Shown: positions 29,901 through 38,372 of the stretch, one piece after another | Numbering within the stretch: the first letter of the stretch is position 1 | Layout of the letters: the number at the start of each line of letters is the position of its first letter | Origin: a virus | Taxonomy: Duplodnaviria; Caudoviricetes | Strand: one strand, 5' to 3' | Virus record (IMG/VR): IMGVR_UViG_3300021958_000042 | Coordinates: 20,668-84,667 of that record | DNA: 64,000 nucleotides | The notes under the pieces: model-generated | Told to the model about the DNA's origin: nothing | What the model saw: the letters and a program-made list of their open reading frames with translations, nothing else | The model's database searches: none | Made by a program: the position numbers and the translations under genes

Positions 29901-31153
29901 TCTGTTGGTAATTCAATATCACTTCCCGATATGCTTTGAGCAGTCGTGATATTTGGTACTCCGCCCGTCTGTGGCCATATAACAAATCCATTCAATCCTG
30001 TAACACCATCTGATGCGAGTTGTGGAGCGCTATAATCCCAAACCGTATTTGAACCAAGGGAATCTATTTTCGGCCAAGAATTTGTGCCAGGCTGATCTGG
30101 GCCCAAACCTTTTGGCCCCACTAGAGCTCCATATGGAACATCAATTGTTTTTCCCCAATGATAAGCAATAACAAGATTTACAGCTGCCATGTCAGTAATC
30201 CATGTCATAGGCGTAGTAGAAGGATCTCTCTTTAATTTAAAAGTTGATGTTCTTGTAGCAACATCGCTGGATACTACATAATCATCTTTTGGTAAAACTC
30301 TACCATTCAAAGATACTCTAAATTCACCACTACCTAAATCACCTTCAATCAATGGAAAATCATCCATTAAAGTGATGTATGTGGTATCATCGGCCGGATC
30401 AATCGCTGAAAACCCAGTTCCAGCAACCGCGCCACTCATATCTTTTGTAGCAGTTTCCCGATGTTCAGTAACAACTTTCCACAACTGATCTGCCTGTCTT
30501 TGTGTTGGGAGTACTGTAGAACCATCATTGCCAAAATCGTGGTTATATCTTACTGAAACTGTATTTTTAAATCCTTCTCCTACATAATCTCCTTCGTTTA
30601 TTTCTTGGTCGCCAGTTGGACTTGCTGCAACAAAATCAGTATTATTAGAGAATTTTGATCTGAAGATTTCTGGAGTTTCGAATGGATGAATACACAAGTC
30701 GTGAGCTAATTGAAAAAATAATCCACCATCATTACCAGTAAATTTTTCCATTGCCTCAATATAATTAATGTTTAAAGTTTCGCCGGTGATAGGTTTTGCT
30801 GTTTCGCTAAACACTAAGGCACCAAATTCACCGATACCAGAAACATATTTTATGCTCCCTTCTCCTGCTAAAATCGAACCTTCTTCATATGAGTTTGCAG
30901 CCCACTCTTGAATTTCAGTAAAGTTTGCAGTCAAATTATTTTTGAGTATGTTTTTACCTTGGGTTCTGTCCAAAAACAGTCTCACACCACCCAATCTGAT
31001 ATCCCAATCCCAAGTCTTATCTGTGAAATCTGGTTTAGATCTCAACAAATATGTGTCTGTGCCGGAATTGGCATTATGTATTTCTTTCTGTGATCTATGA
31101 ATGACATCAACAATGTCATTTCTCTGAACACTAAATCCACTGGCAATAGGCAT
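26999..31153 (-). CDS. 1384-aa virion structural protein, paralog family member P3
   Basis: FSVQRND, LAHDLCIHP, KPQKWRIRF, GRDGIK, TDHG, DQDDDYAWFVVQRHV, PVHCVYS, RFIVREQDVLKPWDYHV, GNGMRI. Closest to P2. Confidence 0.7.
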   Translation of the reverse strand: MPIASGFSVQRNDIVDVIHRSQKEIHNANSGTDTYLLRSKPDFTDKTWDWDIRLGGVRLFLDRTQGKNILKNNLTANFTEIQEWAANSYEEGSILAGEGSIKYVSGIGEFGALVFSETAKPITGETLNINYIEAMEKFTGNDGGLFFQLAHDLCIHPFETPEIFRSKFSNNTDFVAASPTGDQEINEGDYVGEGFKNTVSVRYNHDFGNDGSTVLPTQRQADQLWKVVTEHRETATKDMSGAVAGTGFSAIDPADDTTYITLMDDFPLIEGDLGSGEFRVSLNGRVLPKDDYVVSSDVATRTSTFKLKRDPSTTPMTWITDMAAVNLVIAYHWGKTIDVPYGALVGPKGLGPDQPGTNSWPKIDSLGSNTVWDYSAPQLASDGVTGLNGFVIWPQTGGVPNITTAQSISGSDIELPTDARKAALSTITEGDVFNLTFQENDEFATPFRLIHPMPASNHLDDVKAALRRITNNFLVESEKGVDLLSDSNLNFLNSLSPAASRKPQKWRIRFDWLENSNEIKVNVATDYQLKDDMSISQPQGRDGIKSPVYREPGELCDVYKEPAIGKGANLSISTAKSQWFRRPQVVDEITQTYPMSYRITCTDHGMGLFLYGQSAVDQDDDYAWFVVQRHVDQTTGQPEFTEKTPVHCVYSPAKRPVDISSISNYYSTDDLADLSPAAPVANSLGTIFKTEGPTVWIDKSKSIFNGLVNAIDFNSFGYSAGASGYGGGVYNTDVKSDLYRGITGAQGSASETLWSQTVYVIYLDPTSVTALELIPGMFIAESTGSAPNIQYNGGRVVSWNNVSGELTFTSSADPSTGFNLLNPGDQILIGTSATGNVTSNNDFTQTGINTANIADLPGSSSDMIMSRTRVPTDLAITGFNSLPRRRATAFTMGASNSPNALDRDPSVTSPADGLFEISLDGSEQTSSTAPIASWIQQNDMAPSPSRNVIFPENFLDRVSTFAKASASTTGSPGVPPVPDAISISDYTEGDSALLDILYNAQQNNAAKVMESMVVTLDDVEVRRDNAAYVLTYDDWVVNGDPTTAGRFLEMLEAAGVETLGSNFKLPAEDAAVVPNLLGESSTGTIDNNIVNSATGRAFFLDKDAGSYTITTSNLTKSSNKQAYTSLLPGDIVWTDADSTVQEYIYDFMNKTLVFKHAPRAMSNFSISLVNYTSSNPSQNTYIISTPEDRNFPETNMNEVKTINRFIVREQDVLKPWDYHVSATMHEIDSHAIINPQEQLSITQDRNFVFSFPTQITSQRFYYPQSELDLICVSSADFSTQAGHVEINKYGDSDGINGPAGGFGNGEYIPTTTPAMPANQTTRYAGHNGPDQTKYIWRKDARKYEGMVSTLPDGNGMRIFMQVTGSSIRYSDVTEGKAPGSVLGE

Positions 31154-31181
31154 TAAAATCTCCTTTGTGTATTTTTCTTTA

Positions 31182-31189
31182 TATTTATA
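31182..31189 (-). promoter_or_regulatory. T4-type late promoter TATAAATA (for P3)
   Basis: Perfect octamer in the intergenic gap, with an AAGGAG RBS downstream. Confidence 0.75.
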
Positions 31190-31222
31190 AAAAAAAATTA
31201 GTCTTTATTTGTTTATTTTTTA

Positions 31223-33274
31223 TTATGTTCCAGAACCAACTGGATCATTTGAATCTATATTCGTGTCTGAATTAAAAATGTACTGGCCATTTACTAAAAC
31301 CATTATACGCATACCATTACCGAATGCTGCTGTTGAACGCATCCCCTGATACCTTCTTTTATCGTTATTTACACCATCATATAAATAAGTTGTCATAGGA
31401 ATATTGCTGCTCTCTGCGACCACCTCGGCAGAAGAGAAACAAATTAAATCTGTTTCTTCTTTTGGATACATAAATCTCTGCGTTGTCAATCCAGTTGGAA
31501 ATGTGATTACAAATCTATTTTCATCTGTGATGGATAATTGTTCAAGTGGATTTATAATTGCATTGCTATCTATTTGATGTCTTGTTGCAAACTTATGAAC
31601 ATCAGAAGGTTTTAAAATATCAAATTCTCTAACAACAAATCTCCAAATATTTTTGGCAGCTGCCTCATCACCTAAATAATCTTCTCTATCATGAGGGCTT
31701 AAAATATAAAAAGTTCTTGCATTATCTACTGAGTTTATATGATATGAGTTTCCCTGATCGTCAAATATTGTATCTATTTGATCAGCAGCAGTCTGTAAAT
31801 TTGCAGCCTGACTAGAAAAATAAACTCCAGCATCACTAGAATATGAAGATTCTCTAGAACATGAATATAAACAATGGACAGGAAATTTAGAACCTTCATC
31901 GTTTCTAGGCAATCCAGTTTCATTGTTTACAGTTCTTTGCAGTGCAAACCATGCATAATCATCTGCTTGATCTCCAGCAGCATCATCATACATGTAAAGA
32001 ATTAATCCTCTTTCTGTCATCGTAAGTCTATACGAAAACGGATATGTTCCTTCTAGTGTTGGATCAGTTTTTGGATATCTCTTGAACCATCCACCGCCTT
32101 TTTTCTTATTTCTAAATCTTATAGAACGATTATTAATATATTTGGTATAATTAGAAACATCTGCAGGCGCAGTAGCTTGTGCAGTGCTTCGCCCTGTTGT
32201 TGGCATATAAAATGTTGCTAGTGGATATTCAGAAAAAGTAAATGATGTAGATGTACCAGAACCACCATTCGCGGTGTCTCTTGTATTTGCAGCTGTTTGG
32301 TCAAGATAAAGAGGATAATAAAACGCTGGTACAGTTCCATATGTGTTTGTATCTGTTTCGGTTCCATATACATAATATGGCCCACTATTTGCAGGGTCTG
32401 CAGAAATTACAATATCTTCAAAGGTTAAATCTACCATTTCGCCAGGATTTCTTACAACTGAAGTATCAACTGTGGCTCCATTTTCTAATGTTATGATTCC
32501 GTCAGAAGAGAGTTGTGGAGATGTGATACTACCATCATTTAAAATTTGAGATGATGTTCCAGCATTTACTTTTAACCATCCATACATTGGATTTGGGATT
32601 CCCGAACTATTTTCCCAACCAGCAGATAATATTCCATTAAAAGTATAGCCAGGATGATATTGGTCAGGCACAAATGTTGTCTCATCAATTGTATTACCTG
32701 CTGAATATTGTGTTCCGCCTCGAGCAGACATTCTAAGATTTAATTGATATAACTCTTGAGAAAATTCTTTATCTCCAGTATTACCAGCAACATCATAATA
32801 CAATCTAGGGCGCAAATCAAGTTCAAACCTAATTCTATAATTCTGGTCAATACCTCTTGCTACTGCTCCACTCTTTGGAAGAATATCATCAGACGATTCG
32901 AATACCATAACATGTTGTTCTGGATCGATTCCTGCATTTTTTTGACTAAAATTAGCAACTCCAGAATATGGCCCAGAACCTGCTCCATTAGATGTAGATG
33001 GACGATTTAGAGAAACTTGTGTAAAAAATTGTTTATTAATATATGTGACAGGATTTGCAATTGTACTATCGACAAGTTCATTTCCAGCTATAGGATTTCC
33101 ATTATACATCGTCCAACTTGAAGTTAAATCTTGGGCCAGTGCCATCATTGCGCCACCAGACACAACTTCGCCACTGGATATCTCGCCAGCACCTTGTAGT
33201 GTAGTAAAAGAACTTCTTTGCCTCGACATACCATAACTAGTGAGTGTCGATGGGTCTACAAATCTTTGCGCCAT
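31223..33274 (-). CDS. 683-aa virion structural protein, paralog family member P4 (near-minimal scaffold)
   Basis: LAQDL, YRIRF, GWFKR..YPFSYRLT, DDYAWFALQR, PVHCLYS, RFVVREFDILKP, INPLEQLSIT, TQRFMY..ETDLIC, GNGMRI. Confidence 0.7.
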   Translation of the reverse strand: MAQRFVDPSTLTSYGMSRQRSSFTTLQGAGEISSGEVVSGGAMMALAQDLTSSWTMYNGNPIAGNELVDSTIANPVTYINKQFFTQVSLNRPSTSNGAGSGPYSGVANFSQKNAGIDPEQHVMVFESSDDILPKSGAVARGIDQNYRIRFELDLRPRLYYDVAGNTGDKEFSQELYQLNLRMSARGGTQYSAGNTIDETTFVPDQYHPGYTFNGILSAGWENSSGIPNPMYGWLKVNAGTSSQILNDGSITSPQLSSDGIITLENGATVDTSVVRNPGEMVDLTFEDIVISADPANSGPYYVYGTETDTNTYGTVPAFYYPLYLDQTAANTRDTANGGSGTSTSFTFSEYPLATFYMPTTGRSTAQATAPADVSNYTKYINNRSIRFRNKKKGGGWFKRYPKTDPTLEGTYPFSYRLTMTERGLILYMYDDAAGDQADDYAWFALQRTVNNETGLPRNDEGSKFPVHCLYSCSRESSYSSDAGVYFSSQAANLQTAADQIDTIFDDQGNSYHINSVDNARTFYILSPHDREDYLGDEAAAKNIWRFVVREFDILKPSDVHKFATRHQIDSNAIINPLEQLSITDENRFVITFPTGLTTQRFMYPKEETDLICFSSAEVVAESSNIPMTTYLYDGVNNDKRRYQGMRSTAAFGNGMRIMVLVNGQYIFNSDTNIDSNDPVGSGT

Positions 33275-33277
33275 TAC

Positions 33278-36200
33278 CTATTCCTTTTCCAAATCTTTTA
33301 GCCAATCATTTTCCAAAACTCTAACCATATTCTTATATGTTAGATATGCTTTTTCATCTTCTTGTCTATTTATATGAGAAATAGATAGGTCAATTTGTTC
33401 TCCAATCCAATTCCACACGGCATGTGTCTTTGGAATTGCCGCAACAATTTTAGGAGCTATGTCGTAATATTCTTCAATTTCATTTGGATAATTTTTCAAC
33501 AAGAAATTATCTCTGTATATACGCAATGTATTGAGAGTAGTTCCATCATCTGCCTCGCCGCGCATTTCTACTACAGCAGTAGTCAAGAAACACCCACCGC
33601 CACTACTTTGACTGGACACATCACCCCCACCGCTGTCGTTTATATTGTCATCTCGTATTGGGCCAGTGTTCCCGACCCCTGTATTATTACTGAAAACGCC
33701 ATCTGGTTGCTGTGCGCGAAGATCTTGAATCTGTGCGTGAGTCATTCCTGTTGAGAAAGTAGTTGTTGTGCCAGTAGAAGGTTCATAATGTGAATAAAAT
33801 GAACCAGAACTTCCCCCACCATCATTATCATTATTACTTGCCGATGGAGTAGTTGGAGTAGGTACTGCAACTGCAAAAGATGCTGATGTTCCTTCTGTAG
33901 TTCCACTTGAAGTTTCTTTAGAGCAGCTCCAATATGTAATTCCGTCTTGAACATAAAAGTTTCCATGTCTCTCTGAAGAATTGCTGGAACTAAAAGCAGT
34001 TGCTGAAAGTTTTATAGAACTAAAATTGTCATGTCCAACTTGAAGCTCTCCGTCTTTTGATCTAGTTTTGATAGTAACTGTTTTATTTGGACTAATTCCA
34101 ATTCCAGAAGTTACTAGTTTGTATATCTCATCATATCCAACTTCAACTGTTAAATCACCAGAACCCGATTTAATAGCAAGCTCTTGTGGCCCGACCTCTG
34201 CATCAGATGATGCAACTTTTTTAAATAGTAACTGATGTGCAGTACTTCCTGAATCTGAAATATCAAATTTAACATTACATTTTCTGATGAACCAATTAGG
34301 AACATCTTCTAAGTCTGGGCCATCTCGTACACCCTTAGTTCCAATTGCAATCTCATCTGCAGAATGCCAATCAGGTTCGTGGTATAATGATTGCACTGGC
34401 AATTCGTTTGCAGTATCTACATAATTTGGTGTGATATTAATAGTTGCCCCAGGCGATTTAAATCCCATTTTTGTTTGGAATTTTCCATTCTTTTTAATTC
34501 TTGCAGTATATCCAATATAGTATCTTCTAGGATTTTCTGGGTCGTCTGAGCCAGGCAATAAAACATTTAATGTATTAGTTCTGTTAGGTAAGTCTGTATT
34601 AGTACCCTTATCCGAAACTCCATTGGTGACTAGAGATTTTAATACTCTTCCCGTATCATCCATTAAAACAATACCAGCATGAGACATCATAGAGAATGAT
34701 GGGCCGTGCTGTCCATATATTTGCACAATCCCATCACCGCCCCTATCTGATTTAGATACAAATCTTTCGCCCTCATTATTATATACATCTGTATATTCAT
34801 TCCTAGAAGCTTTGCCTCCTTGAGGAACCTTGATAGTAATAATTTCGCCTGGCGCAGTTTCAAAATCTCCAAGATATGCAGTCGCAGCAGCATACCCCCC
34901 ATATGTATTCGTCCAACCAAGAGAATTGCTTCCTCTACCACCATGTTGGCCTGGCCCGCCGCCGGCACCAAACGCAGGGGTTCCCGAAGGCCCAGAAAGG
35001 TTTGGATATTCCGCTGCTGCTTCTGTTCCTGAGCCATATAGAGAATGTCCACCGCGGCCGTTGCTTCCAGCGGCACTATGAACCCTACCCTGTGCAAGGC
35101 CCCATCTAAAGAACATATTAATCGGATGTTTTCCTACTCCAAAATCTGAAAGTGCCTCTTCGCCTCTTACAGTGTCCGCTGCATTAACCACCAATTGAGC
35201 AGCATATACTGCCTCGTCTGGAAATTCTGCAAGTCTTTTTCCCTCACCTTTTTCTGTTTTTTCTCCACCCACAACTTTCATTATATCACTACGCGCAACC
35301 GTCCAATTTGGATCGTTTGATAGCGAAGGATTATCAGAAATCCCAGAATCTGCAACAATAGGAGTTCTTAATACAGCATAATATCGTATTCCATTTGCGG
35401 TTGATATCTGACTTTGCGTTTCGTACTGCCAATTAGTAGTTTCTAGTTCGTGTTTACTAGATCCAGCATGGCGATTCGAAAAGAAACTTCCTTTAACTGC
35501 GTTGTTCCAATAAAACTGTACATTAAAGTTTTTATTAGATGTCATTTGAGATTTTACTTTTACATATCCATTTCCACCTTTACCACCAGCTCCCGCTTGG
35601 GTCGAACCGCCATCTCTTGGGCCTCCGGCACCACCTTGGCCAATACTAGTTACCAATAATGTAACATCAGATTTTCCTGTTAGATCTATCACAAATGTGT
35701 TTGAAGCGCCTGCTTTACCACCTTCACCACCATAACCAGTACGCCAAAATTGAGCACCAGAACCGCCGCCACCGCCGGCCCCTATTCCGCCAGATTGGCC
35801 TGGGTTTCCATGGTCTCTACCGCCGGTTACAGTTATAGCTCCACCAGCTCCTCCAGTTCCAACTGAACTATTCTCACCTTTTTGTCCGTTTGGTCTATAA
35901 CTCTCGTTTTCGAACAATGTCGCAGAACCCCCAGAGGCCTTTCCTCTCTTACCCCCGCGGCCTCCAGCGCCGCCGGTTGCAGTTTTAGTATTACTATCCC
36001 ATTGTACTATAGTTCCAGTTCCTGCCGCGCCCGCTGTACCCTGACCTTTCCAGTCATCGCCGCCGGAGCCACCGCCGCCGCCACCACCTACAATGGTGAT
36101 AGTGTGTTTCATATTGCCTTGTAATGTAAAAGGAGTTTCGGATGTAATTGCTGGATGGTCAACTTCAGTTGGAGTTATTTTTACGAAATCTCCTGTTACA

Positions 36201-36979
36201 GTTCCATCATTTCTAACAGTATGTTGACCCTGTTCTGGAACTATTTGTGTATCTGGAACCCCATCTGGATCTTGGCCGCCTGGTGCTCCATATAATTCGA
36301 CAGTTCCATTTTCTGAAATAATTCTTGCATCCCCACCCTTATATCCAGATTCTTCTGTAGCAGGCAATGTCGTATCCAATAAAAAGTCACCACTCAATTC
36401 AGTTTTCTGAACACTTCCAGAACCACCACCAGCTGTCGCAACAATTCTAAATCTTGTAAACTTAGCAGGAATTGTCAAAGACCATTCACCGAATTCAAAG
36501 TAATCTTTATTTTCTTGAGTATTTCTAAGAAGTTTTTCAAAATTACTACTAGCACCAACTTCTGTTTCTAAATCAACTTCAACACCTTTTGTTGCGTTTC
36601 CGCTCCAAACTTCAACCAATGCAGCAGGAGAACGAATGTCAACTGCAACAGCATGTCTATCATTAATGCGTGTTACGTGTTGTCTCCAATTATCTTGAAT
36701 ATCTGACCAATTATTTACTTCAGCAGTTTCTTGCCAAAAATCGTCAACGTCGATCGGAGGCAGTGTAGCGCTATTAGGGCGAACTTGATCACTCGAACCA
36801 TAGAAATCGCTAAAACAAATAGTTCCTCTTGTTGGAACTCCATTGTTTTCAACTATGTCGGGAACATTTGTACCATCTCTATAGTATTCACTGATACAAT
36901 GTGGCGCTGAATTGCTTCCTGGCCTAAATTCGCCTTGGATTTGTGCTAATGTTACTCTGCCCGTCTTAGGTATTGTCAT
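33278..36979 (-). CDS. 1233-aa glycine-rich putative fibre-tip adhesin with a C-terminal CFI-box-CTERM-like domain
   Basis: N-terminal G.VTL.QIQGEF...ISEYY...VP..G.I.FSDFYG motif typical of genes following phage fibres, several polyglycine segments, and C-terminal GGGCFLTTA...DDG..L..LR.YRD..L......EYY..AP.IV. Confidence 0.7.
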   Translation of the reverse strand: MTIPKTGRVTLAQIQGEFRPGSNSAPHCISEYYRDGTNVPDIVENNGVPTRGTICFSDFYGSSDQVRPNSATLPPIDVDDFWQETAEVNNWSDIQDNWRQHVTRINDRHAVAVDIRSPAALVEVWSGNATKGVEVDLETEVGASSNFEKLLRNTQENKDYFEFGEWSLTIPAKFTRFRIVATAGGGSGSVQKTELSGDFLLDTTLPATEESGYKGGDARIISENGTVELYGAPGGQDPDGVPDTQIVPEQGQHTVRNDGTVTGDFVKITPTEVDHPAITSETPFTLQGNMKHTITIVGGGGGGGSGGDDWKGQGTAGAAGTGTIVQWDSNTKTATGGAGGRGGKRGKASGGSATLFENESYRPNGQKGENSSVGTGGAGGAITVTGGRDHGNPGQSGGIGAGGGGGSGAQFWRTGYGGEGGKAGASNTFVIDLTGKSDVTLLVTSIGQGGAGGPRDGGSTQAGAGGKGGNGYVKVKSQMTSNKNFNVQFYWNNAVKGSFFSNRHAGSSKHELETTNWQYETQSQISTANGIRYYAVLRTPIVADSGISDNPSLSNDPNWTVARSDIMKVVGGEKTEKGEGKRLAEFPDEAVYAAQLVVNAADTVRGEEALSDFGVGKHPINMFFRWGLAQGRVHSAAGSNGRGGHSLYGSGTEAAAEYPNLSGPSGTPAFGAGGGPGQHGGRGSNSLGWTNTYGGYAAATAYLGDFETAPGEIITIKVPQGGKASRNEYTDVYNNEGERFVSKSDRGGDGIVQIYGQHGPSFSMMSHAGIVLMDDTGRVLKSLVTNGVSDKGTNTDLPNRTNTLNVLLPGSDDPENPRRYYIGYTARIKKNGKFQTKMGFKSPGATINITPNYVDTANELPVQSLYHEPDWHSADEIAIGTKGVRDGPDLEDVPNWFIRKCNVKFDISDSGSTAHQLLFKKVASSDAEVGPQELAIKSGSGDLTVEVGYDEIYKLVTSGIGISPNKTVTIKTRSKDGELQVGHDNFSSIKLSATAFSSSNSSERHGNFYVQDGITYWSCSKETSSGTTEGTSASFAVAVPTPTTPSASNNDNDGGGSSGSFYSHYEPSTGTTTTFSTGMTHAQIQDLRAQQPDGVFSNNTGVGNTGPIRDDNINDSGGGDVSSQSSGGGCFLTTAVVEMRGEADDGTTLNTLRIYRDNFLLKNYPNEIEEYYDIAPKIVAAIPKTHAVWNWIGEQIDLSISHINRQEDEKAYLTYKNMVRVLENDWLKDLEKE

Positions 36980-37001
36980 CGAAATACTCTTTTATTAAAT
37001 G

Positions 37002-38165
37002 TTAAAATTGTACATATGCACAAACATCACCAGAACTTCTAATTGCATTATTCTGAGAACCATTGACTTCCAAATCTCCACCATTGATAGATAGTGTTCC
37101 TGTCATTGTATCTCCACTTCTTCTAACAAATGGAGTCGAATCTGCGCCGGCAAGCAATGGAGCTAGTAATGAATATAAAGAATTTATCGCTGCAACAATA
37201 TTAGAAATATCTCCAATATTACCGTCTAGTGCTGATAAATTACCAATGGTTACTTTATCTTCTTTAGTTGCAATGTCCGTCACTAGTGTTGCAATTTGTG
37301 TATCGATATCAGTTTCTAATTTAGAATCCAAAGATTTTATTTTATCATCCAACAATTTAATATTGTATCTAACTTCAGTACCAACGGCATAATCATTTGC
37401 CAAGTCTGCGGCAAGAATACCCTGAGAATTTAATCCCACTGAATCTAAAATATTTTCAACTTTTGTATTGATAGCATCAATAGAATTTACATTTACAACA
37501 ATATTATCGCTGTTTACTTTTACTTGGCTATCTAATTCAATAAGATTTGTTTTTACGGCAGCATTCCCATTGGTTGCTGACATATAATTTACATTATCTC
37601 CATTATAATTAAATGTACCATTTGCATTAGTTCCGATAGTAGCTCTAAGAGTATCTACCATGTCGGATTCATCTTTTAAGCCAGTGTCTAAAGCGTTTAA
37701 TGCTTGCATCACTGTACTTGATGTGTTGATATAAGTTGCTCCAGTTGGAAAAGAGACCGTTCCGTTTGCTGCAAATCCTAATGTTGTTTGTGTTAAATCT
37801 AATTCTGATTGTAACGCATTGTCTTTAGTCAATCTAATTAATGCTTCAGCAGCTACTGCATCTGTAGTATATTTTTCGTGATATGCTACCGCAGCGTTCA
37901 AAGTATCTACGATGGTAGATCTTATAATCTTACCATCAATTTCTGTCATTGGCCCAATATTTGCAGTATTGGTATCTGCATGAGTATCTACTTCATTGAT
38001 TGCATCTACTATTGTTGATTGTCCGTCAGTGTTAAGAAAATTCAAATTTCCTACATTCTGGGCAGCTGCCTCAGTATGTGCAATCATAGAGTTGGTTTTA
38101 ACTCTCCACTCTTCGAATGTATCTGTTTGTATTACACTGACAAGTGTTGGATATTCTACTGCCAT
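37002..38165 (-). CDS. 387-aa coiled-coil fibre (fibritin/whisker or tail-fibre-like)
   Basis: N-terminal TDTFEEWRVKTN, heptad-like segments with looped inserts, C-terminal FVRRSGDTMTGTL and SSGDVCAY fibre motifs. Confidence 0.65.
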   Translation of the reverse strand: MAVEYPTLVSVIQTDTFEEWRVKTNSMIAHTEAAAQNVGNLNFLNTDGQSTIVDAINEVDTHADTNTANIGPMTEIDGKIIRSTIVDTLNAAVAYHEKYTTDAVAAEALIRLTKDNALQSELDLTQTTLGFAANGTVSFPTGATYINTSSTVMQALNALDTGLKDESDMVDTLRATIGTNANGTFNYNGDNVNYMSATNGNAAVKTNLIELDSQVKVNSDNIVVNVNSIDAINTKVENILDSVGLNSQGILAADLANDYAVGTEVRYNIKLLDDKIKSLDSKLETDIDTQIATLVTDIATKEDKVTIGNLSALDGNIGDISNIVAAINSLYSLLAPLLAGADSTPFVRRSGDTMTGTLSINGGDLEVNGSQNNAIRSSGDVCAYVQF

Positions 38166-38372
38166 TTAAATTCTCTCCAATATTATGTTTAATATTTTTT
38201 TAATCTCATCCATTTCAGATTTCAGGTCTTTTATTTCTTCATCTCTTCTTTTGATAGAATGCATTTTATTCATATGATCTCTGTATGCATTATTATCAGT
38301 ATTTATTATAGCCTTCGAATGCATATCTCTCTGTAATGTTTTATTTTCTTTTACAATATGTCTGTTTGTCAT
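38166..38372 (-). CDS. 68-aa conserved T4-like phage protein (coiled coil)
   Basis: RD..SKAIINTD...Y...EI..LK.EM.EIK.IL pattern, which I recognise as following DUF4815 genes. Abuts both neighbours. Confidence 0.7.
   Translation of the reverse strand: MTNRHIVKENKTLQRDMHSKAIINTDNNAYRDHMNKMHSIKRRDEEIKDLKSEMDEIKKILNIILERI

Noticed and set aside
33395-36124. Multiple short overlapping ORFs on both strands in the Gly-rich adhesin
   Set aside because: Locally high GC reduces stop frequency; none has a recognisable motif or RBS.
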